Source: the human T2T-CHM13v2.0 reference genome, Homo sapiens. Taken from it: 64,000 bases of DNA. Where the stretch lies: NCBI RefSeq assembly GCF_009914755.1, contig NC_060931.1; one strand, given 5' to 3'. The position numbers and the translations under genes are program-made. Positions 29,721 through 43,550 of the stretch are shown here, in pieces (position 1 is the first letter of the stretch; the number at the start of each line of letters is the position of its first letter). The notes beneath the pieces are model-generated. The model did no database searches, was not told the origin of the DNA, and was given only the letters and a program-made list of their open reading frames with translations.

Positions 29721-31084
29721 CCCCCAAAAATGAAAACTATTATTACATTTACTCTTCAACTAATTTGAAGAAAATTTTGGATTTCTTTAAATACAATCGT
29801 TTTTAAAAATATATCTTCAAATGAAAAAAAACTATCATCACTACAGGTGGCATTATATAATAATACTGCACTCTCATTTTTTTCCACAATCATGACACAT
29901 ATGAAAAATGATATTCTATAGAAATATATAGTAGAGTCAACTGTAGAGGCTACTCAGAAGAGGCGACAGCCATACCAAACTCCACTACACTCGTTGTCCA
30001 AGGACTAAAAAGATGGCATCTCAGCCAATCCTCATTCTCTGCACTTAGCCAAGTTGAGGGCTGCAGTTTAACCCTTTTGAGGGAAGCCTGATGTAGTAAG
30101 AAATGAATTACATCGATATTTATATTCTGACTCTCATAAGCTTTTAGATATTTATTCAGAGGAAGCAATGCAGCAAAAGCAAAAAGTTATGTGTGAGCAA
30201 GACTCAACTGCATTAAACACAATATCAAAATTGAGTGGAAAGTTAAACGTTCAATATAAGAAGTTTTGGTTTGACAGAATAGTTAATGGAGAAGAGAAGG
30301 TTACTCACTTCTCTTGGTATTTTCTGCTCCTTTGCTCAAATAGCCTGAGAAGATAAGTCTGGGTTTCCACTCATGGGAACAGAACTATATATCTCAGATG
30401 AAACAGGAACACCAGTGGAAACTTTAACAAAAACAATGCATATAAGCAACAGTTATATGCACCATTACAATTTAATGTCCTCACTTGCACAATGTTGGAC
30501 TATTGTGAAAATAATAAAATTAGTGAAAAGCAGAATACAAAACAGTATACAGGCACTATAAAATCTAGTGTAATAGTGCAATCTAGTGGAAAAGGATTAA
30601 AAAGCCAAGTGTATGAGCTATTGGGTTAGGGACGTAAAGCTGCAGGAAAAATTTCTGTTCACAATAAAAAATATAACAATGCTCACATGCTCTTTCCAAC
30701 TAAGTAACCTCTAAAAAAGAAATATTCTTATATTGTATGTTTGCTTTAAATTGTTATTAATTTCCTTAATTATAAAAATCCATACATTCTCATTGTACTA
30801 TACTTTCCAATAGTATAACCAGGAGGGTACAAAATATAAATGTTCTCCCTCATATCCCTGTTGCCATCCCACCAATGTCACTGCCTAGCGTATCTACCCT
30901 TAATCGTCCTCGTGTCTTTCCATATTCTATGTGTGTACACACAAAAACACATACCGTGCTCTTTTTTGCATAATATGATCACATTTTTTCACTTAGAATA
31001 TATCTTGAACATGTTTACATGATAGCACATTTTAAGGCTACATCATTTTCTGCTATGTGTCTCAATCATAATTTATTTATCATC

Positions 31085-32357
<1,273 letters not shown>

Positions 32358-34779
32358 CTAGTTTTCTTATTATGATTATCAACACTATAATAAAAATCCT
32401 TATCTGTATCTTTGAAGCACCTTCACCATTATATCTCTAAGCTAGACTTCTAGCAGTAAAACGGTTAGATGAAAAATAATACTGTACATTTCAAATTCTG
32501 ATAAGCACATGTAGTCATCTGTTCTGTTTCTACTTCGGCAGTACTGGTCTTTCATGAGAATGAACCCAGTAACTACAGAAAATGAAAGATGTTAAAAGTG
32601 CTACACTGATTAACTATTTCATAGAAGAGAAAAGCCAATGTCATTTTACTGCACAGCAAGAAACATGAATTTGCTAAGAAGGAGAAACAAAAAACCTCAG
32701 GGCTATTTTTTCTCTTATTTTGCTTTCCAAGGTAAAAGAGCAACTATACTTCCATGCATACTGCTGAAGAAATAGGTAACAAATATTCCACTTTAACTGC
32801 TGTAAGAAAATTACTGTGATCCCTTCTTTCAAATTTGCAGCGAACCCCAAATCTCCATAATAATCAAAGTGGTGATCAGATAAGGAAGTGAAAAGCTAAA
32901 GAATGGGAAAGAATTCATACCAGAGCTGCCTAACTCCTATACATTTTTTAAATGAGCGGCTTCATTTATCAGAAAAGAGTCTGCGTACATGTCACAACAG
33001 ATACCATGGCGATTCCCGTGGTACAGGATGCCAAAGATCTATTCCAAAAAATTGATTAGTCTAAGACAATTAGATACAAAGTGAAATGTGCTAAACATGC
33101 GTGGTTTTTAAATAATCAAATGCACTTAAACTGCTATTGCATAAACATTGCACAAAAATTCTTACATGAAGATACAAAAAATAAAATAAAATTCTACCAA
33201 AGAGTGACCGAAGAAGAAAACAGCACTGTAGCTTTTACTAACATATTGTTTCCAAGAATATAACAATAATCATGCCAGCAACTAATGTTTTGAGGCTACC
33301 TATTTATTTCCCAAGGTAACATCTTTAAGTTTTAAAATGTAGACACTGGGGATTATTACTTCCAAAGCAGGGGAGCCAGAGCCAGAGCAAGCAAGCACTG
33401 CATTCAAGGAATTACAAGTAGCCGCCTGTAGATCAGCTGAGCGTTGACAAGCCAGAAACTCATCTTTGAGCTTTTCTGTCTTGGAAATATGAACTCAGCC
33501 CAAGAACGCCCGTGGCATCTTCAACAACAGGGATGCAAGCCATCTCAAACTGCTGTTTGCATTATTACAATCCCACAAAAGTGCATGGGGCCCTTCTATG
33601 AAAGAGAGAATAAGGAAAAGAGAAAGTTGTTCAACATTAGAAATATACTTCATACAGTCAGAGTGAAAGTGACTGCATTTCTGACCTAACAACTGGAGTG
33701 GAGGAGAAAGTTCTAAGTGTGAGGCAGAAGTGAAAGCTGCAGGGAAAAGTTAGAAAATATGACAGAAGAATTTTTCTATCATTTCTTCACCTCTCTCATT
33801 GGACTTCTTAGTTTGCAAGAACTAATAACTCCAGGGTATAAAAATAGCTTTTGTAGAATCCGAAACTACTCACAAAAGGGGTCCTGTAAGGAAGCCCTAT
33901 ATAATCCACAAATTCATTTTAAGAAATCATATTTTCAAAGTTTGATATACTAACCCAAATAAACAATCAATAGGCAGATCACCATACAGGAAAGAAAAAT
34001 CTGCCTCAAGACATGTTTGAGACACTAAGAATGTGCCCTTCAGCCAGGCAGAAACCAGGCTAACCTGAAACAGACAGAAGTTAAAAACATTTGATAAAAA
34101 TATTTTATTTTGCTATGTAAAAGCTAAAAATTGTAACTGTTAAGTTTTGTAGGGAGATACATCACAAGGGAGGGGAGGTTGCAGAAGGGACCCTATTTCC
34201 CTCTGGAGAAGAGGCAGCTGAGCTCCAGCAGCCAGCCTGCCCCCTCTAGCCCTAGGTACCCTCGGCATCCACGGCCACTCAGCCCCAGTAGCCTGCTTGG
34301 ACAGAGCAAGAAATTCCAGGAAAGAGTAATTCTAGGAAGCAAATTAAGCAAGTTAAGACACTTTGCAGGGGGAAAAGGAATCTTTCATCTTCTCAGGTTT
34401 TCATGTTTGAAACAGAATGGGAGAGATAGGAGGGTGTGTGTTAAATTACCCTGTTGCAGCTATTTTCAAGTTGTAAGAAATGAACTTGCAACACATAGGG
34501 CTATTTAGACAGTTTATCAGAAAAATAAAATGTTCTCATCACAATTATCTTTCAGGTCTACACTAAAATGTTATCAAGGTCTTCAAGTTAAATATTCATT
34601 GCAAGAAAGGTGAATATTTCTGATATTTAAAGAACAGAATAAATAAAGTTGATTGTTTTGTTGAGCTGCAATGTTAGGAAGGCCTCATGTTGAAATCTAT
34701 CTGTACCTTTAACCCACCGATGCTAGTTCTACTTTCCGAAGCAAACATCAGAGAGTTCATGTTGACTGTTTAGTCTTCT

Positions 34780-35330
34780 CAAGTTAAACACTTCCAGACC
34801 CTGTGAGGATACCTCCCATGACAGGATTGCCAGACCCTTCAACATCCCCATGGACTGCTCTGGAAGTTGTCTAATTTGTCAAAATCTCTCTTTAAATGTG
34901 ACAGCCAGAAATGGACACAATACTACAGATGTGGTTGATTAGAGCAGGGTACTATTAATTTTTGTGACATATGGACACTATACTACTACCAGAACCTAAC
35001 TAATTTTTTTTTCTTTTGCAACCATATCATGCCACTGGTTCATATTAACCTTCATTTTCCTAAAGAACTGCCACCATACAAAGTCATCTCCATACTTCCA
35101 TACCAATGAATTATGATGCATTTACTACTATAAAATATTTTTTTGCTTTCAGCACAGCATTGCAGCCCACTTAAAAACCATGTTAACTCTAAATTGTTAC
35201 CTATTTCTAACAGCTATCCCTTTTCAATTAATCCATGGATTTTAAAGCAAGCCTCTTAGATCTTCATCAAAGTCATTCGTACAAATGCTGAGGAAGACAA
35301 AACTCAGGGCAAAGGCTTATGATCCTTAAC
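34780..35330 (-). mobile_element. CR1/L3 LINE fragment
   Basis: L3-like AAATGTGACAGCCAGAAATGGACACAATACTACAGATGTGG and CTTCATCAAAGTCATT...AAATGCTGA. Confidence 0.6.
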
Positions 35331-36541
35331 CAGGGACGATACCCTGACGCAAACCCAAGAACGTATACACCTCGCCGGTGCTGGTTCAGTCTGCCTCCCG
35401 CTCACACAGCAATACTGCTAATTAATCTGCACACCACCTCATACACAAGAGCATCCTGCATCCTTGACAAATGCTTTGCAGAAAGCAGGATTAACTTATC
35501 TTTCAAAACAAAGTGTAAGAAATCTATACATATTAAAATTATAATTATATACAAATATTTATGTACACAGAACAAAGACTAGAAGGGATACAACATCAAT
35601 GGAAATGGTTGTTCCAGAGTCAGTCTGTGGAAACTGGAGATTTGTTTTTTACTTAATACTGTCTTTAATACGGTTACAGAATTTAAAACACTGGGAATTA
35701 TGAAGAGAGAATTTGGCTTGGAAGCAATCCATGTGAAATAGCATTTAAGAGCATTGAGACTCTATCTGATCCTATCAACCTGAAAACTTGAATCAGAAAC
35801 ATATTCACTTGAAAAGACTTATTGATACCTAGAAACATTGGCTTTTTCTTCTTTATTATTTTTTTTTTTTGTTTCTCGTACTGCTACTTTAGGCTTAATA
35901 TTTCTGGAAATCAGGGAGATAACAGACTGGAGAACTGGATTCCAAAGTTTAGAAAAAGCCTGAATGGAGTGTGCGTTAGTCTATGTATGCTCCTCACATC
36001 TGTCTGTCTGTCTGTCTCTGCTGGGGAGGTTGAGAGGGATAGAAAGAAAACAGCCATCATATTGATATTTCTGTGAAGCTATGGACTAAGCGATCTCCCC
36101 TCCAGCCCAAGAATTTCTAACGAACACAGACCCATATCATCAATTCCCCTAGAGTCATTTTTTTACACTGGAGGTAGGAAATAAGTGTTAGAATATGCAT
36201 TTAGGTGTTTACAGAATATGGAAGGGTAAGTTTTAAGGAAAGGATTTGGGTAGATTATGGATAATTAGCAAAAAAGAAAAAGGAAGAAGGTGGCTGGGTA
36301 TTTTGGAGAAAATGTGATCTATAAATACTGCACTTATTAGAATCAGAAACAATCTGAATATTTGACTTGGGAATTTTTTTAACAAGTCAGGATTTCTTCA
36401 CTACTTCAATATTTTGTGTACTGCATGATTTTCACCAGTGGAAAACTAGTGTTAGAAACTGGATACATGTTATCTTTATTTCCTTGAGGTTGTCGCTAAC
36501 CAGTTTTTTCTGGTGTTGTCCCTTATTTTCAATGTCTGTGA

Positions 36542-37310
36542 GACAAGTGAAAATGCCACTTTGCTTAGAAATGCAATTTATCCACCATACTATAGGATAA
36601 GTAAAATACATGAAGCAAATCAACAGCTTTTAGATTTATGGCAAACTGTTGTAAAAATGGATAAAATGTTCAATACAAAGTCCACTTACTCTTTGACAAC
36701 TGGAAATTGTACTTTGCTTAGAAATAAATTTTCCGTACCATACCAGAACTTAAGCCAAATACAGGTGGTAAGTCAGCAGGTTCGTAAATCCATAGCAATT
36801 GTCATTAAAAATGAATAAGGTGTCCAAATAGAAAGTCCAGTTATTATTTGACAACTGAAAATTTTACTTTGCTTAGAAATATATTTTCTCTATATTAGAA
36901 ATTAAGCCAAATATATGTGGTAAGTCAGCAGATGCATAGATCTATAGCAAATTGTCATTAAAAAGGGATAAAATGTCCAAATAGAAAGTACAATTACTAT
37001 TTTACAAGTGAAAATTCCAGTTTGTTTTGAAATCGTTTTCTAAAACCCTAGAACTTAAGCTAAATACATAAGGTAAATTCAACAGCTTTATAAATACATG
37101 GCAAATTTTCATTAAATGGGTAAAATGTCCAAAGAGAAAGTCTAGTTATTATCTAACAAGTGAAAATCCCACTTTGTTTTGAAATACAATTTTCTTAACA
37201 TACTAGAAGTTAAATATAGGTGTTAAATCAACAGCTTCGTAGATCTACAGCAAATTCTCATAAAAATAGATAAAATGTCTAAATACGAAGCCCAGTTATT
37301 ATTTGATAAA
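36542..37310. repeat. Diverged tandem repeat, ~153-bp unit, ~5 copies
   Basis: Anchor ACAA(G/C)TG(A/G)AAAT...TTTG(C/T)TT(A/T)GAAAT recurs at 36542, 36695, 36850, 37003 and 37155, with a partial copy at 37305. Confidence 0.9.
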
Positions 37311-39911
37311 ATAAATAATACACATTAACTCCTCTTTGCTGTATATGCAACCCTGTGCAAAATGGGCAGAAATAGTCAACACCAGAAATAAATATCTGAG
37401 AAAATCCAAAATTCACATAGATATTAAATATCCAAAATATGTTTAAAGTTCTTATCTATTAATTTGGTTTTGGTTTTGGTTTTGAAAATGTTTGTTGTTC
37501 TAGACAACACAAAAATGTTACCTAAAGTATTGCTCTATTAATGTTATCTTTCTGTTTTATTTTTAGTATTGTTTTGTTTTTTGGATAACAAAAAGGTTTT
37601 ATCTAAATTACTTATATATTGATGCTGTTTTTTCCCTTAGAAAATTCTATTTCTAAGCAAAGTGAAAATATTTTCATATGTAGAGGAATAAAAAACTACA
37701 ATATGTTAGAATAGTGAGATGGGAGAAAATTCTTCTCAGTTTTCTGGTTTTAAATATTTATGTACTAAGGTTGTTCATTTAAAATTTTAATTAAAAAATT
37801 AATATTATTTCCTTTAAAGAAAGCTCTCCAAACTTAATGTTATTTAACATTTAAAGGCTCTTTGGAAAGAAAATAATCGAGGAGAATTAATTTGATCTTG
37901 TTTTTAACTTTTAGAAAGTATTTAACTGCAATCCTATGAAAAATATTTATTGTATAGCTACCTATATATGCATAGAGAACGTCTGAAAAAGCAGACTCTA
38001 TAATGTTTACTGGTGTTATTGCAGGGTGAATAGGTTACAGGTGACCTTTTCTTTAGAGTTTTCTAGGGTTTTCTCTCCTGAATTTTGTACAATGACCTGA
38101 AATTACTTTTATTATGGTAAAATACTAATTACGTTTTTTAAAAAAAGTCCTGGTTAGCATTTTGAAATGAAAAAATCAAATTGGTTCAAACTTGTTCAAA
38201 CTTTTAAAGTCTTAAGATGGATTTTTGAACTTTAATTTTTCCTGCTTTTCATCTATACTGGTTTTAAATCTCAATTTTTAGAAAAATAATGTCTCAGTTA
38301 ACTAGGTGAAGTAACTTTCGAATTTAAACAAACAAACAAAACTGGTAAGAATTTGACAGCGGTCACCAGAACAGTACTCTACCAAGCATAAGAAATCCTG
38401 GAATTATTCTATCTTGCAGAAGAGGGTGAACATCCTAAAGATTAAATTAAAAGGCACTTCTAAAAAGTATAATTGTGTTTACCCAACTTCCTAGGGAAAT
38501 GTCTTTGTTAAAAAGCTGCATTTCATTCATTCATATTCCGGATAGTGGGCATTTTCTAATAAAAAGTAAAATCTCAGTAAATGGGCTACAGTTTTGTTTA
38601 TTCCTAGAAAGGCTCTCTTTTAAAGTGCGGTGTCTGCAACGTTGTTATGACAATAAGTCAAATTCTTATTGATATTCCAAGTATAAAATAATCCGTAGCA
38701 ATGTTACTAAAATGTGCTCAATTTTGCTCTTCAAATATGAAAGCGTTTCATCTGTGTTTCAGAAACCTAACTCAGCTGTAGACAATTTGGTTTTCCCTTT
38801 TAACTTAAACTTGTTTTACTAAGATCATCAACAGATTGTCAGTTTCCCAAGCACCTGACACTGAGGCGCTTAGATGGGAATCCGCGTTAAGGTTTTATTT
38901 AGCATCCTTCCTCATCAGAATTTTAGCGTCTTATCAGCCACTGCAATTTTCCCTGACATAAAATATATATGTTCATAGTACAAATGCACGCAAATATTTG
39001 TGGCCGAATCTCGGCAACCCGCTGGAAAGGATTAAACGTGCGGTTGCCGTGACTAAACGCATTCATTCACCCTACAAGATTTAGGAAAATGTAACGTTGC
39101 AAGGGAAGCAAGGTCTCTGTGTAAACCTCGTAATCGCCACCAAAAGTCGGTAGCTGGGAGCCTTCAAAGCCCGCCAAACACACTGGAAGCATCCACAGCT
39201 GTTTTAAATTGGTTTTGGTTTCTGGAAATAGCGCACTCGGTACGGCAGCATCTCTGGCCTCCAGCCGGGGTTAACCCTGACCTGAACGCCCTGTTTAGCT
39301 CCCAGCATTTCATGATTCCGCTTCCCTGCTCCGTAAAACCGAAGAAAACCGAGATTTCCGTCACCGAGAAATGCACTTAGCAAGAGGGGGAAATTCGGTG
39401 TTTTAAATGTCACATTTTTGTGTTCTCTACCACTATCAAGAAAAGGAAAAAAGATGTGTTTGTGTAGCGGGGACGCAGCTTGACACCCATTTCCTTTGGC
39501 TCGCATCGCGGTCGCAGAGCCCAATCGCGGGGAAACGGGCCCCCCAGAAAAACAGGCAACGACCCCCAGCTCTTTGCTACAGGGATCGGGAGAGGACTAC
39601 CCTGGGGCTGGGCGGGGAGGGGGATGTTGGGAACAGGAATTGGAGATGGAATTTCTGCGCCCGCAGAGCAGGGAGGGGCCCGCGGGGGCGCGGAGAGGAA
39701 AAAAAAAAGGCCAGGGGTCAAGCCTGGGGAGAGAGAAGCTGGGCCGGGGAAATGGGGTACAGGGTGTACTGAAGGAGGGGTACGGTGGGGTCCGGGACAG
39801 AAAGAGAGGCTGGTGCCCAAAGGGCGCGCTCAGGCGCCCGGAACCCGAGCGGGGGAGGGGGAGGCGGCGGCCTGTTGGCCCCGGGACCTCCACGTCGCGC
39901 GCAGGCCACTA

Positions 39912-40097
<186 letters not shown>

Positions 40098-40236
40098 TCA
40101 GCATCAGCATCCCGCACCCCCTCGGTAATCCCGTACTCCCTCTAGCGGCGGGCCACTGCAGCGTGGCCACCGCCCCCACCCCCATCCCCCATCCCCGCAC
40201 CCCCCTCCACCCCCTAGCCCGCGGAGCACGCTGGGA

Positions 40237-40244
40237 TTTGGCGC
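40237..40244 (+). promoter_or_regulatory. E2F consensus site TTTGGCGC in the PEG10 promoter
   Basis: Perfect TTTSSCGC match ~50 bp upstream of the TSS; PEG10 is a known E2F target. Confidence 0.7.
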
Positions 40245-40263
40245 CCCCCTCCTCGGTGCAACC

Positions 40264-40270
40264 TATATAA
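40264..40270 (+). promoter_or_regulatory. TATA box of PEG10 (TATATAA)
   Basis: CCTATATAAGG, 30 nt upstream of a pyrimidine-A start at 40294. Confidence 0.85.
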
Positions 40271-40293
40271 GGCTCACAGTCTGCGCTCCTGGT

Positions 40294-40515
40294 ACACGCG
40301 CTTCAACTTCGGTTGGTGTGTGTCGAAGAAACCTGACTGCGCCCTGAGGAGAACAGCGGAGAAGGTCCACCGAGCCTGGCGAAAGGTCCGCTGAGCGGGC
40401 TGTCGTCCGGAGCCACTCCGGGCTGCGGAGCACCCAGTGGAGACCGCGCCTGGCTCAGGTGTGGGACCCCATCCTTCCTGTCTTCGCAGAGGAGTCCTCG
40501 CGTGGTGAGTATGCG
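40294..40515 (+). other. PEG10: PEG10 exon 1 with alternative donors after 40504 (GTGAGT) and after 40515 (GTGAGG)
   Basis: Downstream of the TATA box; two GT donors 11 nt apart; the longer form includes ATG 40511-40513, in frame with RF1 after splicing to 47213. Confidence 0.88.
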
Positions 40516-40699
40516 GTGAGGACGTTTTTTTTTTAAAGATCACGTTCATTCCCCGTGCTTATCGGGAGCTGCGGGAGATGGAGTAGCACCCCAGAATGTC
40601 TCCACGCAAAACTTGTCACGCCTTCACTGGCTGTACCCCAAAACAAATGGGGAAACCAAGCCTTAAAGGCTTGGGTTTCCAGGACCAAGTCCAGATACG

Positions 40700-41290
40700 G
40701 GCTGTAGACAGAGATGAGCTGCGGACAGTGATGAGCTGCAGACGGTCAGGAGCTATAGATCGATTTGCAATTTGCTCTTCAAATGCGCTACCAAGTGCCA
40801 TGCTTTACAAACAGATAAGCGCTTCAAATGCGCTACAAACTGGCGCTTCAGATGCGCTACAAGCACGCTTCACGCGGGCGACAAACTGATGGGAGCTACA
40901 ACTGGCGCTTCATTGCGCTATAAACTGATGGGCGCTTTATGTGCCACAAACTGACGGATGGGCGCTTCAGTGGCGCTACAATCCAGAACGAGGAGCAGCG
41001 ATATAGGAGCTGCAGACAGAAAACTGAATTGCGCTTTACATGCGCTGCAAAATCTGAGCTGCAGAAGAGTAGCACTACAAAAAACGCTACAAAAACGATG
41101 CGATTAGCCAGCCCGACAACAGCGCTTCATTGCGCTGCGAGGCACATGAACTGCAGAGGTACATGAGCTGCGGAACAATTCACACCTAAGATGCACTACA
41201 AAGTGGTAAGAGCTGCAGAGGTACAGGAGCTGCAGACCGTTTGCGCTACAAATAAAGCAGCCGTAGTGGGACATGAGCTGCGGAGTACAA
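40700..41290. repeat. Degenerate motif array GCGCTTCA-n(0-2)-TGCGCTACAAA interspersed with GAGCTGC(A/G)G
   Basis: About 9 bipartite copies (40774, 40819, 40843, 40865, 40905, 40932, 40962, 41031, 41122) plus several half-sites. Confidence 0.85.
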
Positions 41291-41924
41291 TTCCTCTGTT
41301 TTCTTGGAGCAGGACCCCACCCTTTCACCTTTTGGAATGGCTCCCACTCTATTTTTCTGCAGGACGGTTCTCGCATGATGGTGCTGGTAGACAAAATGGA
41401 GCCCCGGGCAAAAATTAGTGTTTAACATTCTGCCCACACCATTCCCGCTATAGCAGTGGAGTGGAGGGGCACTGATTGGAGTGGAAATGGGAATCTTTTG
41501 GTGATGGCAGAGCAGGCTGCCTGCCTACTTGTGCTTGATTGAAGTGGCGGTGTAGTTGTGGTGGCGCGAATCAGCGTCCAGCAACAGTTTGTGGAAACTG
41601 TGGGTTTGCTGAGTATGGCGGGGGAATTGGATCTGTGGATTGCTCTTGCTGCATGAAATGAATCTGGCTTTGGTGACTGGTGGGAGGGGTTTGGGAGGGG
41701 GGATTCTGGCGGCGGGGGGGGGGGGTGTGCAGATACTCTGCAGCCCTGTAGCAGCCAGTCTCAGGCCTGCCCCGCCCATCCTAGTGTGCCTTCTCTGCGG
41801 TGCTTAGCGCCTCCTCCTACAGCGCCTCCTCAGAGCGCGCCTCCCCTGCAGCGCGCCTTCCCAGAGCGCGCCTTCTAGATGCGGCCTCCTCAGGCCCCTC
41901 CTCCCAGCTCCTTAGCGCCTGCCT

Positions 41925-42348
41925 GCCCAGGCCCCACCTCTCTCTGGCCACCTCATTCTGAGGTGAGCTGCTCAGGCCCCGCCTCTTCCAGGCCCGCCTT
42001 TTCTGTGGTGAGCTGCCCAGGCCCTGCCTCTCCCGGGCCCACCTACTCTGAGGTGAACTGTCCAGGCCCCGCCTCTCCCGGGGCCGCCCCCTCTGAGGTG
42101 AACTGCCCAGGCCCCACCTCTCCTGGGCCCGCCTCCTCTGAGGTGAACTGCCCAGGCCCCGCCTCTCCTGGGCCCGCCTCCTCTGAGGTGAACTGCCCAG
42201 ACCCCACCTCTCCTGGGCCCGCCTCCTCTGAGGTGAACTGCCCAGGCCCCGCCTCTCCTGGGCCCGCCTCCTCTGATGTGAGCTCACCCAGATCCCACCT
42301 CCCCAGGCCCGCCTCCTCTTAGGTAGCCTGCTCAGGCCCCGCCTCTCC
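41925..42348. repeat. 45-bp GC-rich minisatellite, ~9 copies (TCCTGGGCCCGCCTCCTCTGAGGTGAACTGCCCAGGCCCCGCCTC)
   Basis: GTGA(A/G)CT anchor at 41963, 42008, 42053, 42098, 42143, 42188, 42233 and 42278; exact 45-nt period. Confidence 0.95.
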
Positions 42349-43251
42349 AAGGCTTGGCCCCTCCCTAAGCCTGCCTCTGCCGGGCTGGCCTATAGTCCCA
42401 CCTCCCTCAGAGCCGGCTAGCACACATGCGCAGTGTGAACCCTCAGCCCCTCCCTTCAGGCGCCGGTCCTCTGCACCTGCGCACCTTCCTTGCCTGAGCC
42501 CTGGCTGTACAGCCCCGCCCCCCTGCGGTTTCTCTGCTGTGTTGGTTTTGCTTTTTGGCTACTAGAGTCTAATAGAATAATAAATAAAACAATTAACAAT
42601 AATAATTATAACTGGAATTTATGAGCACTTTTAATATGTTCTTTGCATATATTCAATAACATAATCCCACAATTTAAACTCCTGATAGTGGCTTATGAAG
42701 GGACCTTGTAAACTGACATGGCTGGTGCCTCTAAAGGCAATTTAGCCAAATGTTTTTACTGCAAATGAAAACCAAAACTTAACAATTTATTTTTAAAAAC
42801 TTTAAAAATATTTTCACATTTAAGGTTTTTTTAGAGGCACTAGTGGACCTTTGGGAATCGGATGTTTTGGTGGATACAAAATTGGTGCTGTTGGTTTGGC
42901 CTCTGAGTGAGGATAAGGCTTTTATTTGCGTGCCTATGAAGCTGGGTGTTTTCCTTGAATCTCTAGGTGATTAACCCTAGCCTATTTGCCTATGTATAAT
43001 AAATTGTGCCTGCACATGGTAGGCATTCATTAAATATGTGTTAAATGACCAGAGTAAATTGGTTTATTCAGTGTCTTGCTTGGTGTCTGTAGGTCTCTTC
43101 TGATTTGCTCCTTTCCTATGGTGCTTTGCTGTCCTGGGTTGCCTTGTTTGCGTTATCTCTCACATTTAACAGAATAAAAAAAAAGTGTATGTGTTTTTAA
43201 ACTCCAATGATATAAGCTGTAATTATAATACAAAGCAACTAAATTAATTTT

Positions 43252-43550
43252 AATTATTCCAAATAATTAGCTTTTTTCATAAAAAGCTAGTTATTCCAAA
43301 TATTAGCTTTTTTCATGAAAAGCTAGTTATTCCAAATAATTAGCTTTTTTCATAAAAAGCTAGTTATTCCAAATAATTAGCTTTTTTCATAAAAAGCTAG
43401 TTATTCCAAATAATTAGCTTTTTTCATAAAAAGCTAGTTATTCCAAATAATTAGCTTTTTTCATAAAAAGCTAGTTATTCCAAATAATTAGCTTTTTTCA
43501 TAAAAAGCTAGTTATTCCAAATAATTAGCTTTTTTCATAAAAAGCTAATT
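43252..43550. repeat. 37-bp AT-rich palindromic minisatellite, ~8 copies (AGCTAGTTATTCCAAATAATTAGCTTTTTTCATAAAA)
   Basis: Near-perfect period 37 (AGCTAG at 43321, 43358, 43395 and onward). Confidence 0.97.

Noticed and set aside
40459-40489. GT...polypyrimidine-CAG inside PEG10 exon 1
   Set aside because: A 31-nt intron is too short for the spliceosome
41817-42350. Repetitive ORFs of 177 aa (minus) and 147 aa (plus, GPASPGPASSEVNCP repeats)
   Set aside because: They follow from a stop-free 45-bp repeat unit; there is no independent evidence of coding or exon structure
43252-43550. CRISPR-like appearance (37-bp palindromic repeat)
   Set aside because: No unique spacers, no cas genes, and the DNA is mammalian
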